Program-made: the position numbers and the translations under genes
Shown: piece by piece, positions 37,069 to 46,468 of the stretch
Position numbering within the stretch: position 1 is the first letter of the stretch
How the letters are laid out: each line of letters opens with the position of its first letter
Source: an uncultured virus (IMG/VR IMGVR_UViG_3300010883_000018)
Taxonomy: Duplodnaviria > Heunggongvirae > Uroviricota > Caudoviricetes
Virus record (IMG/VR): IMGVR_UViG_3300010883_000018
DNA length: 64,000 nt
Reading direction: 5' to 3' (one strand)
The notes under the pieces: model-generated
Database searches by the model: none
What the model was told of the DNA's origin: nothing
The model's input: only the letters and a program-made list of their open reading frames with translations

Positions 37069-38160
37069 GTGATGGTTTAGTAATGTCTCGTGCTGGTACG
37101 GTTGCGTGGCGTAGCGTCCCGTAGCGTCTCGTGTTGGTCGCGTGTTGTCTGGTCGCATGCCGTTTTGTGACGTGGCGGTCGGGTGGCGTTTTGTCGTGTG
37201 TGGTGCCGGTGGTGTCATGTTCTGTCCAGTATCGTTGGGTTTGGTAGCGTGACGTCTAGGTGGCGCGAGGTGATGTTGTGTTCCGTAGTGTGGCGGTAGC
37301 GTGCTGAGCTGTGCGGTAGGGTTGCGGTCCAGTTTGGTTCCGTACTGCCCTGTTTCGTTTCGGTCGCGTCTCGTAGCGTTTAGTGTTGTCTCGTGTTGGT
37401 GTAGTGGAGTTCGGTTGCGTCTTGTTGCGTTGCGGTCAGGTTCTGTGAGGTGCTGTTGTGTTTCGTGGGGGTAAGGTCCTGTTTTGGTCTTGTGGCTCGC
37501 GGTGGGGTTCCGTAACGTCCCGGTGCCGTCTCGGTATCGTGCTGTCGCGTGCTGTTGTGTCATGGTGTTGTGGCGTGCCGGTCCTGTTTTAGTGCCGCAT
37601 TGTCGTGTGATGTGCTGGTAAGGTGCCGTCCTGTGTTGTGCCGTTCCGGCGACGTGCTGGCTTGTTCTGTCCCGTAGCGTACCGGTGGGGTGGCGTCCCG
37701 TTCTGTTTTGTAAGGTGACGTGTCGGTGCGGTGTGGTCTTGTTCTGTGACGTTCCGTGTCGGTCAAGTAATGTTCAGTTGAGTTGTGTCCCGGTGGCGTG
37801 ACGTCCCGTTCCGTAGTGGTCTTGTAGCGCACTGTTGGGTCTAGTCAGGTGGCGGTCAGGTGCTGTTCCGCAGTGTTTCGTTTCGTGGGGGTAAGGTGTC
37901 GTAATGCGGCGTATCGTGTCGTACCGGTGTTGTGGAGTGTGGTTCCGTATGGTTTCGTGACGGTTTTGCGGCGTAGCGTCCGGTAGCGTCTCGGTACTGT
38001 GGTGTGGTGTTTTGCGGCGGTGAGGTGGCGTAGTGTGACGTGCCGCAGCGTCTGGGTGTCGTAGTGTTCTGGTGACGTCCTGGTACTGTCCGGTGGCGTA
38101 TTGCACTGTTTAGGTCATGTTGTGTTCGGTGTTGTTTTGTTCTGTTTAGGTTTCGTGTTT
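37069..38160 (+). repeat. GT-NNN pentamer array 2 (roughly 30 units), ending in a T-run
   Basis: Example unit G-GTacg-GTtgc-GTggc-GTagc-GTccc-GTagc-GTctc-GTgtt; same grammar as array 1. Confidence 0.9.
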
Positions 38161-38217
38161 TTTACAGGTCGGTCAGGAGGGCCATGAGTTCAAATCCATT
38201 TTTCACTTTAGAGAGGT

Positions 38218-38598
38218 ATGCTTATGACGGCTAAGAGTCAATTCAGGTTGGAGTACCGCGGCAAGCCAACGCGATCCGCATTGGTGCTCGAGTACGCTAA
38301 AAAGCATCCGCTGGCCTTACCGACGGAGATTGCCAAAGAGCTTCGCAAGCGGCAGGTTTCCGTTGGCTTCGCAGCCAAGGTGCTCAAGCATTTCAATATC
38401 AAGCCTACGACCAAGAAGCCGGCGACTCCCAAACCGCGAGCTAAGCGGGCGCCGGTGGTGACGCAAGTCACGCAGTTGGCGGATATCAATCAGCTGCAAG
38501 CAGCCCGGGCGTTCATCGACAATCACTGTGATGGTGATACCGATGCAGCAGTTGCGTCTGTGATGCTGTTGTCGCAGTTGCGAACAGTGGCAAAATAG
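38218..38598 (+). CDS. Small basic putative DNA-binding protein
   Basis: GAGG RBS; HTH-like N-terminus and Lys/Pro-rich linker. Confidence 0.6.
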   Translation: MLMTAKSQFRLEYRGKPTRSALVLEYAKKHPLALPTEIAKELRKRQVSVGFAAKVLKHFNIKPTTKKPATPKPRAKRAPVVTQVTQLADINQLQAARAFIDNHCDGDTDAAVASVMLLSQLRTVAK

Positions 38599-38672
38599 CG
38601 GAATCCAGACGCTAGGCTGTTGTCCCGTGGTCTAGGGCAGACTGGGTAACGGGACCCTTTCAATTTCACTAT

Positions 38673-39173
38673 TTGGAGAGCATTATGTGGACAGCTAAAA
38701 TTTACAATCCTTCGTTTGTGCACGCACCGCTGCATTGTCTTGTTTGTGGCAAGCCGATCATTGAGCCGGACGCCGATGACAGCACCAACGGCAGGATATG
38801 CGACAGCGCGCAGTGGTGTGAGCACGTGGTGGCTTACGTGTGCGATCGGCAGGTCTCAGACGACTACGACTTCAACGCTGCGACTGCGGCCGGTCGCAAT
38901 TTTCAGCAACTGTACGAGAAGTTGTTGAATCAGCAACTTGATGCAGACGAGTTCAATTTGGAGCACGCGATCCGCGATATCCAGGATGCGGATGTGCTCG
39001 ACCGTACTGACGATTCCATGTTGTTGCGGTTGTCCGTGACGTACACCTTGCAAACCTGCACTTCTTTTGATGTCACGGATCAAATCATTTTGCGGTGGCC
39101 TCGCTTTCAAGGGTCGCCCGTAACTGCGTCGGTGGAGGAGTCCAGCAATGCGGATTGTTCGTCAGGTACTTGA
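38673..39173 (+). CDS. Hypothetical protein (CxxC...CEH)
   Basis: ORF; probable start at the MWTAK codon after GGAG. Confidence 0.6.
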   Translation: MESIMWTAKIYNPSFVHAPLHCLVCGKPIIEPDADDSTNGRICDSAQWCEHVVAYVCDRQVSDDYDFNAATAAGRNFQQLYEKLLNQQLDADEFNLEHAIRDIQDADVLDRTDDSMLLRLSVTYTLQTCTSFDVTDQIILRWPRFQGSPVTASVEESSNADCSSGT

Positions 39174-39746
39174 TGCCGCTGATTTCGAGCACCTCGTCCG
39201 CGGCGGTACGCTGCAGATTGATGTGCGGAATCTGCGGGCTGCTGCCGTGGAGCTTTGTCTGGGTTTGTCGGAGATCCAAGACATTATCAACGCCGCCAAT
39301 GATGCGACCGTTTCGCGGCGCGGAGTGGTAATGCTGCTGGAATAAGCCGATACGGACGCCGTACGGCTCGCTGTCGCTCGTTGCAGGTTTAATGTGACTC
39401 CAGAACGCCCCAGAAGCGGTGGATCGCTTACAGAGCCATTTCACAGCCTCTGGGGGTAGCCTACAAGGACCTAGAAATGATTCGACCACCCCCACCCCGA
39501 TTGTGATGACACATCAACCAAGGCGGCGGCCAGTCAGGTCGCGACGACCGGTAAGGAATCCAGCGAAGGTCTTGTTCCTGCTCGTTATCTGGATTCTCCC
39601 GCCGTCGCTGTTTGTCGCCGCCATATCATCACCCGAAGTTATGCGGCGAATTGCCTGCCTGATATGCGGGCCCGAACACGTGATTAAGCACGACACAAGG
39701 AGCACCCGCTGACCGGGCCTCGCTTCACTCAACGCAAGGAACGAAA

Positions 39747-40088
39747 ATGCACATATGGCTCGACAGATACGACGGCGAGATCGTCATACTCGGAGATTAC
39801 GCGCAGGCAAGTCTGGGCAGGAAGGCACGATACAACGCTTGGTCGTCAGGCCACATCGACGGAATCAGCGAAATGTTTGGGCAAGACGCCTACGAGGCTG
39901 TAAGGGACAGCCAAGGCGAACCGATCGAATTGACGGTCGCCGTACTAAAGGTTGCGGGCGATGACGTGTGCGGCTGTAAACGGGCAATGGACACGGCCGA
40001 GAGAACAATGCACGATGCCGCCGACTGTTCCGCGGTTGAAAAGGCTATGGATGAGCTAGTTACTTGGCTCGAAGGTATTGGAGTGTAA
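39747..40088 (+). CDS. Hypothetical protein
   Basis: AAGGA RBS. Confidence 0.6.
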   Translation: MHIWLDRYDGEIVILGDYAQASLGRKARYNAWSSGHIDGISEMFGQDAYEAVRDSQGEPIELTVAVLKVAGDDVCGCKRAMDTAERTMHDAADCSAVEKAMDELVTWLEGIGV

Positions 40089-40112
40089 CGGGACAAGAAA
40101 GGGAGACGCGAG

Positions 40113-40808
40113 ATGAGAATTATATTGATACTAACGACGGCCTTGGTGCTTGGGTGTTCTGCTTCGGAGGAGCCTGTTTCAGGGGTGCCGCCAGAGCTTA
40201 AACCAGCACCACGCCAACTGGCCGACTGGGAGTTAAAACTAAAAGCACGCAATGAGGCGAGGATCCTAGCCAACGAGACGGCTGAAACGTGGGAAGAAAA
40301 ACATGCTCGCCTTGAAATGGAGCAGAAAAAGGAGGCTGAGAGGATCGCACATGCGAGCCGCAGTGAAGCGCAGAAGCGAGCCGATGCCGAGGAGCAGAGA
40401 ATGGCTGAAGTAGCCAAGAGTACGAGAAAGGCAAAGGAGGCTGAGATTGCTTCCGAAGCGGCTGCCGAATCTAAACGCGGGGCGGCAGCAAGGCGGGATA
40501 AACGCATTGCTGACGAGACCGCAGCAGCTAAACGAAACGCGGCATTGGCTGTCGGTTACACGATCACGGACGTCAAGGGCACCATCAACCAGTACGGCTG
40601 GATGGTCATCACCGGAAAGCTTACCGCATTGAAGCGGGCTCGGTTCGTCAGTATCACGTACGGCGTCTACAACGGAGACAATGAGAAGATCGGGACCGGC
40701 CTTGCCGCCATTTCAGGCCTTAATGCGGGCGAAGTGTTTTCGTTCGAAGCGACCTGCACTGAAGACAATGCTCTCCTGTACAAACTGGACGAAGTGCGAG
40801 GGTTCTAG
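40113..40808 (+). CDS. Lipoprotein with coiled coil and C-terminal FxLYD-like Ig domain
   Basis: Lipobox LVLGC; ITGKL...VSITYGVYNGDNEKIG...L.AGE..SF. Confidence 0.7.
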   Translation: MRIILILTTALVLGCSASEEPVSGVPPELKPAPRQLADWELKLKARNEARILANETAETWEEKHARLEMEQKKEAERIAHASRSEAQKRADAEEQRMAEVAKSTRKAKEAEIASEAAAESKRGAAARRDKRIADETAAAKRNAALAVGYTITDVKGTINQYGWMVITGKLTALKRARFVSITYGVYNGDNEKIGTGLAAISGLNAGEVFSFEATCTEDNALLYKLDEVRGF

Positions 40809-40866
40809 GCGGTGAACTTTTCGGACCCGCCTAACACTACAAAAACGCAACAAATAGGAGATTTTA

Positions 40867-41229
40867 ATGACTTTACGTGCCTGTGCGCGATGTAGCGCCG
40901 GCGAGCCCGGCGGCTACGATGACAATCACGACGCGGCTCGCGAGGCCATGTGCACTGAATTCTCGCTGACATCGAATGTCTTCGCGTGGCTCTGTCACGA
41001 TTGCCGGCAGGACTGGGCGTTGCGGACTTTCGATGAGGAGACCTTCTCAACATACCGTGAGCTGGAATTCACCCTGGATTGTTTCAAGTGGGGCAATGCG
41101 GGGGTTGCCGACCAGGTTACCGCGACGTTGGGTACGCCCGCGACGCTCGGGGATACCTACCTCGCTATTGTGCAGGCGAGGCAAGAGATCCACGACTACG
41201 CGTTACTTTGGTTGCAGCGGGACGCTTAA
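40867..41229 (+). CDS. Hypothetical Zn-binding protein
   Basis: AGGAG RBS; CARC...CHDC. Confidence 0.6.
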   Translation: MTLRACARCSAGEPGGYDDNHDAAREAMCTEFSLTSNVFAWLCHDCRQDWALRTFDEETFSTYRELEFTLDCFKWGNAGVADQVTATLGTPATLGDTYLAIVQARQEIHDYALLWLQRDA

Positions 41230-41270
41230 TAAATCCCGCACGGACAGTTCGACAATCACAAACGCACTTT

Positions 41271-41308
41271 GAGCCCCGTTGCAGTTTCGACTGTAGCGGG
41301 GCTTTTTC
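41271..41308 (+). terminator. Intrinsic terminator
   Basis: gagccccgttgcagt-TTCG-actgtagcggggctt followed by TTT. Confidence 0.8.
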
Positions 41309-41330
41309 GTGCACATTTGGAGGTGGAGAC

Positions 41331-42170
41331 TTGTCAACTACTAGTACTATCAGCTGGGACAAGCCAGCAAAGAACAACACTCGCGTGGAGCTCCTGAATA
41401 CGGGGCAGCGGAGTGTGAAGACAGCATTGGACTTGCCGGGCCAGCAGATGCTGTCCGTCACCACAGCCTTACAATTGGGCGTGGTCAATCTACGGACTCG
41501 CAACATCTGGGTCGAAGAAGTCAGCAGTGTTGCTGATGAGATCGAGAAGCGAGCAACGCTAGTGGCGAAGCGGGTCAAAGGCGCTGACTGGGTAGCACGA
41601 CCCTACTTGCACCGTGGACCATTGGAGTTGTTGGATTTGAGGCCCCTGCTGGGTGCAAGTCCACTTGATTTCGCGTTCATCGATCTGTGCGCTGGGCTGA
41701 ATCCCTGGCGTCTGCGGTGGATGCGGCAGCAGCTGGTGCCGGCATTGCGAGGTGGTTCGTCAGTAGCAATCACCGTCCTTAAGAATCGTTCGTCGTTTAT
41801 GGCGAAGATGCGCAAGGAGGTGTTGCACGACCAGGACAAGCTGCTGGGCGACTCAATGCGCAAACTGGACAAGGTTACGAATAAGCCCAGTGTGCACGCC
41901 GGAGCTATCTTCAGCATGGTGCGGCTGGCATTGGCACCACTCCCCGTGATGGTGCGGGTAGCAGTTAATTATTCCCACGCCGGTATCGGGGGTAGTTGTT
42001 TTGTAGGTTTACAGCTCGCCATTCAGGACGGCCAGCAAACTTTTGATCCGCGACTTGAGTCCCGTTTTCAGCGGGTAATCGATCCGGGTGTGTCATACCT
42101 ACAAACCATCTTTGAGCGGGCCCAGAATAATGTTGATCGAGATCGCGGAAAAAGACTTAGCGGCGATTAG
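41331..42170 (+). CDS. Possible SAM-dependent methyltransferase-fold protein
   Basis: TTG start after GGAGG; ALDLPG and LDFAFIDLCAG motifs. Confidence 0.45.
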   Translation: MSTTSTISWDKPAKNNTRVELLNTGQRSVKTALDLPGQQMLSVTTALQLGVVNLRTRNIWVEEVSSVADEIEKRATLVAKRVKGADWVARPYLHRGPLELLDLRPLLGASPLDFAFIDLCAGLNPWRLRWMRQQLVPALRGGSSVAITVLKNRSSFMAKMRKEVLHDQDKLLGDSMRKLDKVTNKPSVHAGAIFSMVRLALAPLPVMVRVAVNYSHAGIGGSCFVGLQLAIQDGQQTFDPRLESRFQRVIDPGVSYLQTIFERAQNNVDRDRGKRLSGD

Positions 42171-42578
42171 TAATGCGCTGCGAACTTGGCGAGATTTTCC
42201 TGACTGTCAACCGCGGTATCGTGGCGCCACAGTTGCTGTGGCACGCTTGCTGCAGCACCTGGAGGAGACTATGCAGTACCTGGAGGCGCTCGATAGGGAG
42301 TTGCCAATAAGCGATACCGCGGTCGCGGCCGCGGCAGTTTTAGACGAGGAGGCTAGCGAGTACAGCTTGCGAGGTCAGTTCCTCATGATGGCGGCGGGCA
42401 GTTTGAAACTTCCCGAGCATGCGCATGCAAGAATGATGGCGATAGCTGCAGGGTTCTCCACGTCGTTAGTTCACGGCGTGGGAATGCCGCGGCAGGTTTT
42501 ATGTCGTGATTCTGTCGCGGGTGTTATTCTCACGGCGTTGAAAGCTGCGTATAAAGAGGGCCAAGGTCATAAAATCTG

Positions 42579-43433
42579 ATGAGCGATATCAAGTTCGAGA
42601 TAACGCAGCGATCTCGTACTAGTGCAGCAGAGGTAATCCGGAGGTCGACGCTACACCCGTTGTGCGGGAAGCTGGAGAAAGACGCCCATTTCATTGCGGC
42701 GTCTCAGCAATTGATAGGTCGACGTCGGCTACGGTTGGTGCAATTACGAGAAGCTGGTTTGAGCTGCTTGCAAGATCAGCGCTACCAGTTCGCGCGCAAC
42801 TGCCCTCCGGCAGCTGTCAGCGTGGAACAACACTGGGCGCGTAAGTGTACGCTGCGCTTTTGCTGCTTCTGTTACGCGAGGCAGCTGGCAGCAGTATTTC
42901 GCGTGGTCGATAGCGAAGTACGCGCGGCCCGCGCACGTGAGGAGCCAGTGAAGGTTGTTCAATACTCCTTCGCAACTGGTTGCGATTCACCCTATGAGCG
43001 GATCTATCCGTGGGGTTTGGGGACGGAGCCGGATATCGGGTCGCTGTTGCGGATCCGTCACATTCCGACCCGTCGTCGACTTTGTCGTCGATTGATGTCT
43101 AAGGCTGCCGGCGGGTTTTACCGCATCAGTTGCCAGCCTAGGTTACTCGCCGAACCGACTAGTCAGGGGCAACTCGGGCATTGGGAGATCAAGCATAGCC
43201 TGATCGCATTGGTGCCTGTGGATTGGCAACCTTTCCGCGCTAAGTATGGCAAGTTCCAACTGTGCGTGGATCCCAATTCCAAATGGCTAGTGCGTACTTT
43301 AGGTGATGCCTTCGACTATCCGAGTACGTGGATGCAGCAGCATGTGCCGGCTCCACTCATTACGGAGATGCTCGATCGCCTGACTAGGATGCAATTATTT
43401 ACGCGTTTCGGTATTTTCAGGAACCAATCATGA
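42579..43433 (+). CDS. Hypothetical protein, weakly resembling rolling-circle Rep
   Basis: CTLRFCCFCYAR Zn cluster; WEIKHSLI only loosely HUH-like. Confidence 0.4.
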   Translation: MSDIKFEITQRSRTSAAEVIRRSTLHPLCGKLEKDAHFIAASQQLIGRRRLRLVQLREAGLSCLQDQRYQFARNCPPAAVSVEQHWARKCTLRFCCFCYARQLAAVFRVVDSEVRAARAREEPVKVVQYSFATGCDSPYERIYPWGLGTEPDIGSLLRIRHIPTRRRLCRRLMSKAAGGFYRISCQPRLLAEPTSQGQLGHWEIKHSLIALVPVDWQPFRAKYGKFQLCVDPNSKWLVRTLGDAFDYPSTWMQQHVPAPLITEMLDRLTRMQLFTRFGIFRNQS

Positions 43434-44014
43434 GTGATTATTTTCGTCAACTGGCGATACAGCAAAACTGGGCGACAGAGACCCAGGTTGATGTGTTGCT
43501 GGCCTACGTGCAGACACACTGTCCGGAGGGTATCCAGCAGTATTTGCTGGGACTCGTCCAGACACAAACGCAAGCGGAAGGGGCTGCGGCGTTACAGGAG
43601 GTGAGTACGTTCTTCGATAAGGCTATATTCGATCCGACGGTACGGGAGCGATGCCAGCTTGTGACGTCGATTGACAGTCAACCGCTGGCCGATGCGGGTT
43701 ACCAGGCGCGATGTTGCGTACCAGCCGACGGGCTAGCTCAGGTGCGGACGTGGTTGCAGCAACCGACACCGCTCACCGGGTTCGATCCGGAGGGCGAGCT
43801 GATTTTTGGATACCGTGTGGAATTGGCAGGCGATAATACAGCGGTATTCGCCTTGCTGAATTCGCCGCACGGCCCCTGGATAGACGCGTGGGTGCAGGCT
43901 CCTGACGGGCAAGGTCCGTCGGTGCCACCTACCTGCAGTATTGATGAACTGTTTGAGTTTGACTGGCCAGATGGTAGCAAACTAGTATTTCAGTTCGTGT
44001 CGGCTGCCGATTAG
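43430..44014 (+). CDS. Hypothetical protein
   Basis: ATGA overlap. Confidence 0.65.
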   Translation: MSDYFRQLAIQQNWATETQVDVLLAYVQTHCPEGIQQYLLGLVQTQTQAEGAAALQEVSTFFDKAIFDPTVRERCQLVTSIDSQPLADAGYQARCCVPADGLAQVRTWLQQPTPLTGFDPEGELIFGYRVELAGDNTAVFALLNSPHGPWIDAWVQAPDGQGPSVPPTCSIDELFEFDWPDGSKLVFQFVSAAD

Positions 44015-44044
44015 GTACAACAAAACCGCAGTAGAGATATTCAC

Positions 44045-45496
44045 ATGGATCCCCTGGTATTGGTGGTTGGTGACGTAATGCTGGATCGTTACGTGCACTG
44101 CAATGTTACCCGTGTTGATCAGACGTCCTCGGCTCCGGTGGGGCGTCAATTACGGGTGCAAGACCTACCAGGGGGTGCTGGCAACGTGGCTGTGAATTTG
44201 GCCTCGTTGGGTTGCCACACTGTGTTGTTTAGTGCAGTTGGCCCTCCACATTGTGATAAGTCAATCGCTATCACGCGTACGCTCAATCACACTAACCTAC
44301 AGAGTGCACTTGTCCATGCAGCGAGCTTTACGACTACCGTCAAAACACGCCATGTCGATCAGCACTCGCGTACCTTTTCCAGAATTGACGAGGAAGGTAG
44401 TGGTGCTGTTTCAGTTTCACGGTCTGTGATGTCGGCACTGCGGCAGAGTATTGGGTTTCTGACACAAGCGAACGTGGGCGTCATTGTGGTGTCGGATTAC
44501 GGCAAAGGTGTGGTTTCCAACGAGTTAATGGCGATGTTACTTGCTTTGCGATCGCAATGGGGTTCGCGGATCATTGTGGATCCCGTGCCCCAGCATTTTC
44601 GCTGGTATCAGGACGCTGACGTGGTGATGCCTAACGCCGCGGAGGCTAGGCAGGCTGTCGGCGACGCGGCCGATGTATCTGTTGCCCGGGCGAGTGAGTT
44701 GTTACTCAATCGCTATCACCTGCGTGAGTTGGCTGTGACCTGTGGGCCAGAGGGCATCGTGCGAACGTGGAGACATGCTAGCGGAATTGGCCAAGAACGA
44801 TTTGCGGCTGCGAGGGTACGCACAGCTGAGACAACCGGGGCAGGTGATACAGCGATTGCTGGCTTGGCGGCTGGTTTTGCTCGAGGCTTGGATGAGGCCG
44901 ACGCCTACCGATTGTCTGTGACGGCCTCGCAGCTGGCCGTGCAGCGGCCTGGTACCAGCGTGGTACCTAAACATGAAGTCTTCCAAGCGATGTGCGCGAC
45001 CCCCCAGGACAAGGTCATTAGCGCGGATGCCGCAACGGATTTGGCGAAGTCGGTACGCGATGCCGGTGGTCGCGTAGCAGTTACCAACGGTGTATTTGAC
45101 CTGTTACATCTAGGGCATCACCGGCTGCTCGATTGGGCAGCCGAGCAATCCAACTTTCTTCTAGTCTTGATAAATTCTGACGCGTCGGTGCGTAGGCTCA
45201 AAGGGCCTGGTCGTCCTGTCATGAATCAAGCTATACGGGCTGAGTTATTGGCTCGAAACGAACATGTGGATGCAGTTGTCATTTTCGAGGAGGATACGCC
45301 TACGGAAGCTATTAGCGTGATTGATCCTTCAATTCTAATAAAAGGTCCCGAGTATCACGACGAGGAGGTGCCCGGGGCGAGTATTGTGCAAGAACGAGGA
45401 GGCACAGTTATGTTCTTACCGAGGGAGAGCGAAGTTAAATTAGTCAGGACGTCAATCATTGTCGACCGTATTCGAAACGGTGAGCATGAGCCGTAA
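44045..45496 (+). CDS. hldE: Bifunctional heptose-7-phosphate kinase / heptose-1-phosphate adenylyltransferase
   Basis: VGDVMLDRY, GGAGNVAVNL, SDYGKG, TGAGDT (PfkB) plus TNGVFDLLHLGH and NSDASVRRLKGPGRP. Confidence 0.93.
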   Translation: MDPLVLVVGDVMLDRYVHCNVTRVDQTSSAPVGRQLRVQDLPGGAGNVAVNLASLGCHTVLFSAVGPPHCDKSIAITRTLNHTNLQSALVHAASFTTTVKTRHVDQHSRTFSRIDEEGSGAVSVSRSVMSALRQSIGFLTQANVGVIVVSDYGKGVVSNELMAMLLALRSQWGSRIIVDPVPQHFRWYQDADVVMPNAAEARQAVGDAADVSVARASELLLNRYHLRELAVTCGPEGIVRTWRHASGIGQERFAAARVRTAETTGAGDTAIAGLAAGFARGLDEADAYRLSVTASQLAVQRPGTSVVPKHEVFQAMCATPQDKVISADAATDLAKSVRDAGGRVAVTNGVFDLLHLGHHRLLDWAAEQSNFLLVLINSDASVRRLKGPGRPVMNQAIRAELLARNEHVDAVVIFEEDTPTEAISVIDPSILIKGPEYHDEEVPGASIVQERGGTVMFLPRESEVKLVRTSIIVDRIRNGEHEP

Positions 45497-45744
45497 AAAG
45501 AACCAGCGACTGGATATGGCGAATGGTTGCTTGCAGTTGATTCGCGAGGACTTGGCGTTTATTCAAGTCAGCATATCCGTTACAGACCACGGACGGCATT
45601 GGAGGTTCTTTTTTCAACGGCAATGGCTAGTCAGCTATTGGCCGGCGACTGCAAAATTGCGAACCGTTTATAGCGATGAAACCGTCACAGATGTCACACC
45701 ACAGCGTGTTCGCGACATCGTGGTAGCAACCTATGAGAGGTTTA

Positions 45745-45954
45745 TTAAGGAGATACGACGGGGTCTGCAGGGGTAGGTGTTTCGCCGGCGGCATCTGCTG
45801 CAGTGCGGGCCGTTAACTCCCCCCGTAGGATGAGTACTTCTTTGGGCGCGTCGATTCCGATACGTACGGTATCGTTTGATAATCGCAGAATGGTAATTAC
45901 CACATCTGGACCTATGCAGATACGTTCTTCCTGCTTCCTGGACAGTACAAGCAT
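45745..45954 (-). CDS. csrA: Carbon storage regulator CsrA homologue
   Basis: MLVLSRKQEERICIGPDVVITILRLSNDTVRIGIDAPKEVLILRGEL. Confidence 0.93.
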   Translation of the reverse strand: MLVLSRKQEERICIGPDVVITILRLSNDTVRIGIDAPKEVLILRGELTARTAADAAGETPTPADPVVSP

Positions 45955-46034
45955 AGTGACTTTCCTTGTCTTAGTGGCTAGTTTTTGGAGTGTAAGGGAT
46001 CTGCCCGTCGCGGGCAACAGTAGCAGGAGTAACG

Positions 46035-46457
46035 ATGGGTTATATGCACTTTACACAGATGTACGAGGATGCGCTTGATTTGGATTGTTGGGCATTAGCT
46101 GAAGCACTTCAATTGTATGCGGGGTCTCGACTTGCAGCATCACGTCCAGGGGCGCTCGCATACGACCCGTGGAGTGGCTGCAGTTTTGATGACATTATGC
46201 GGGATGCCCGTAAACTTGTAGTGCTCTATCAAGATAATTACGTGATGGAGTTAAAGGAGTTGGTAGCTCGCGGGGCAATTCAGCCGCGCATGCCCGCATT
46301 TATTGCTTACAGCACTGACGGGGCACAACCGCTTGCGGCGGCGATAGCGGGGACCATTGCCCAGCCTATGCAAGTCGTACAGGATCCCGATGTGATTGAC
46401 TGCGACGATCCGCAACTAACTGTTGTAGAATTTTACCGGCTTTTGTTAGCCAATTAA
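46035..46457 (+). CDS. Hypothetical protein
   Basis: AGGAG RBS. Confidence 0.6.
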   Translation: MGYMHFTQMYEDALDLDCWALAEALQLYAGSRLAASRPGALAYDPWSGCSFDDIMRDARKLVVLYQDNYVMELKELVARGAIQPRMPAFIAYSTDGAQPLAAAIAGTIAQPMQVVQDPDVIDCDDPQLTVVEFYRLLLAN

Positions 46458-46468
46458 CCAAGGATCGT

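Noticed and set aside
37006..38106. Minus-strand ORFs 37006-37563, 37560-37832 and 37774-38106 (T/R/H/P-rich)
   Set aside because: They are by-products of the AC-rich complement of the pentamer array. A 5-nt period with single-base phase shifts does not fit codon-level selection.
36143..38160. Canonical CRISPR array or simple microsatellite
   Set aside because: There is no contiguous 23-47-bp direct repeat, and the variable triplets are too diverse for slippage repeats.
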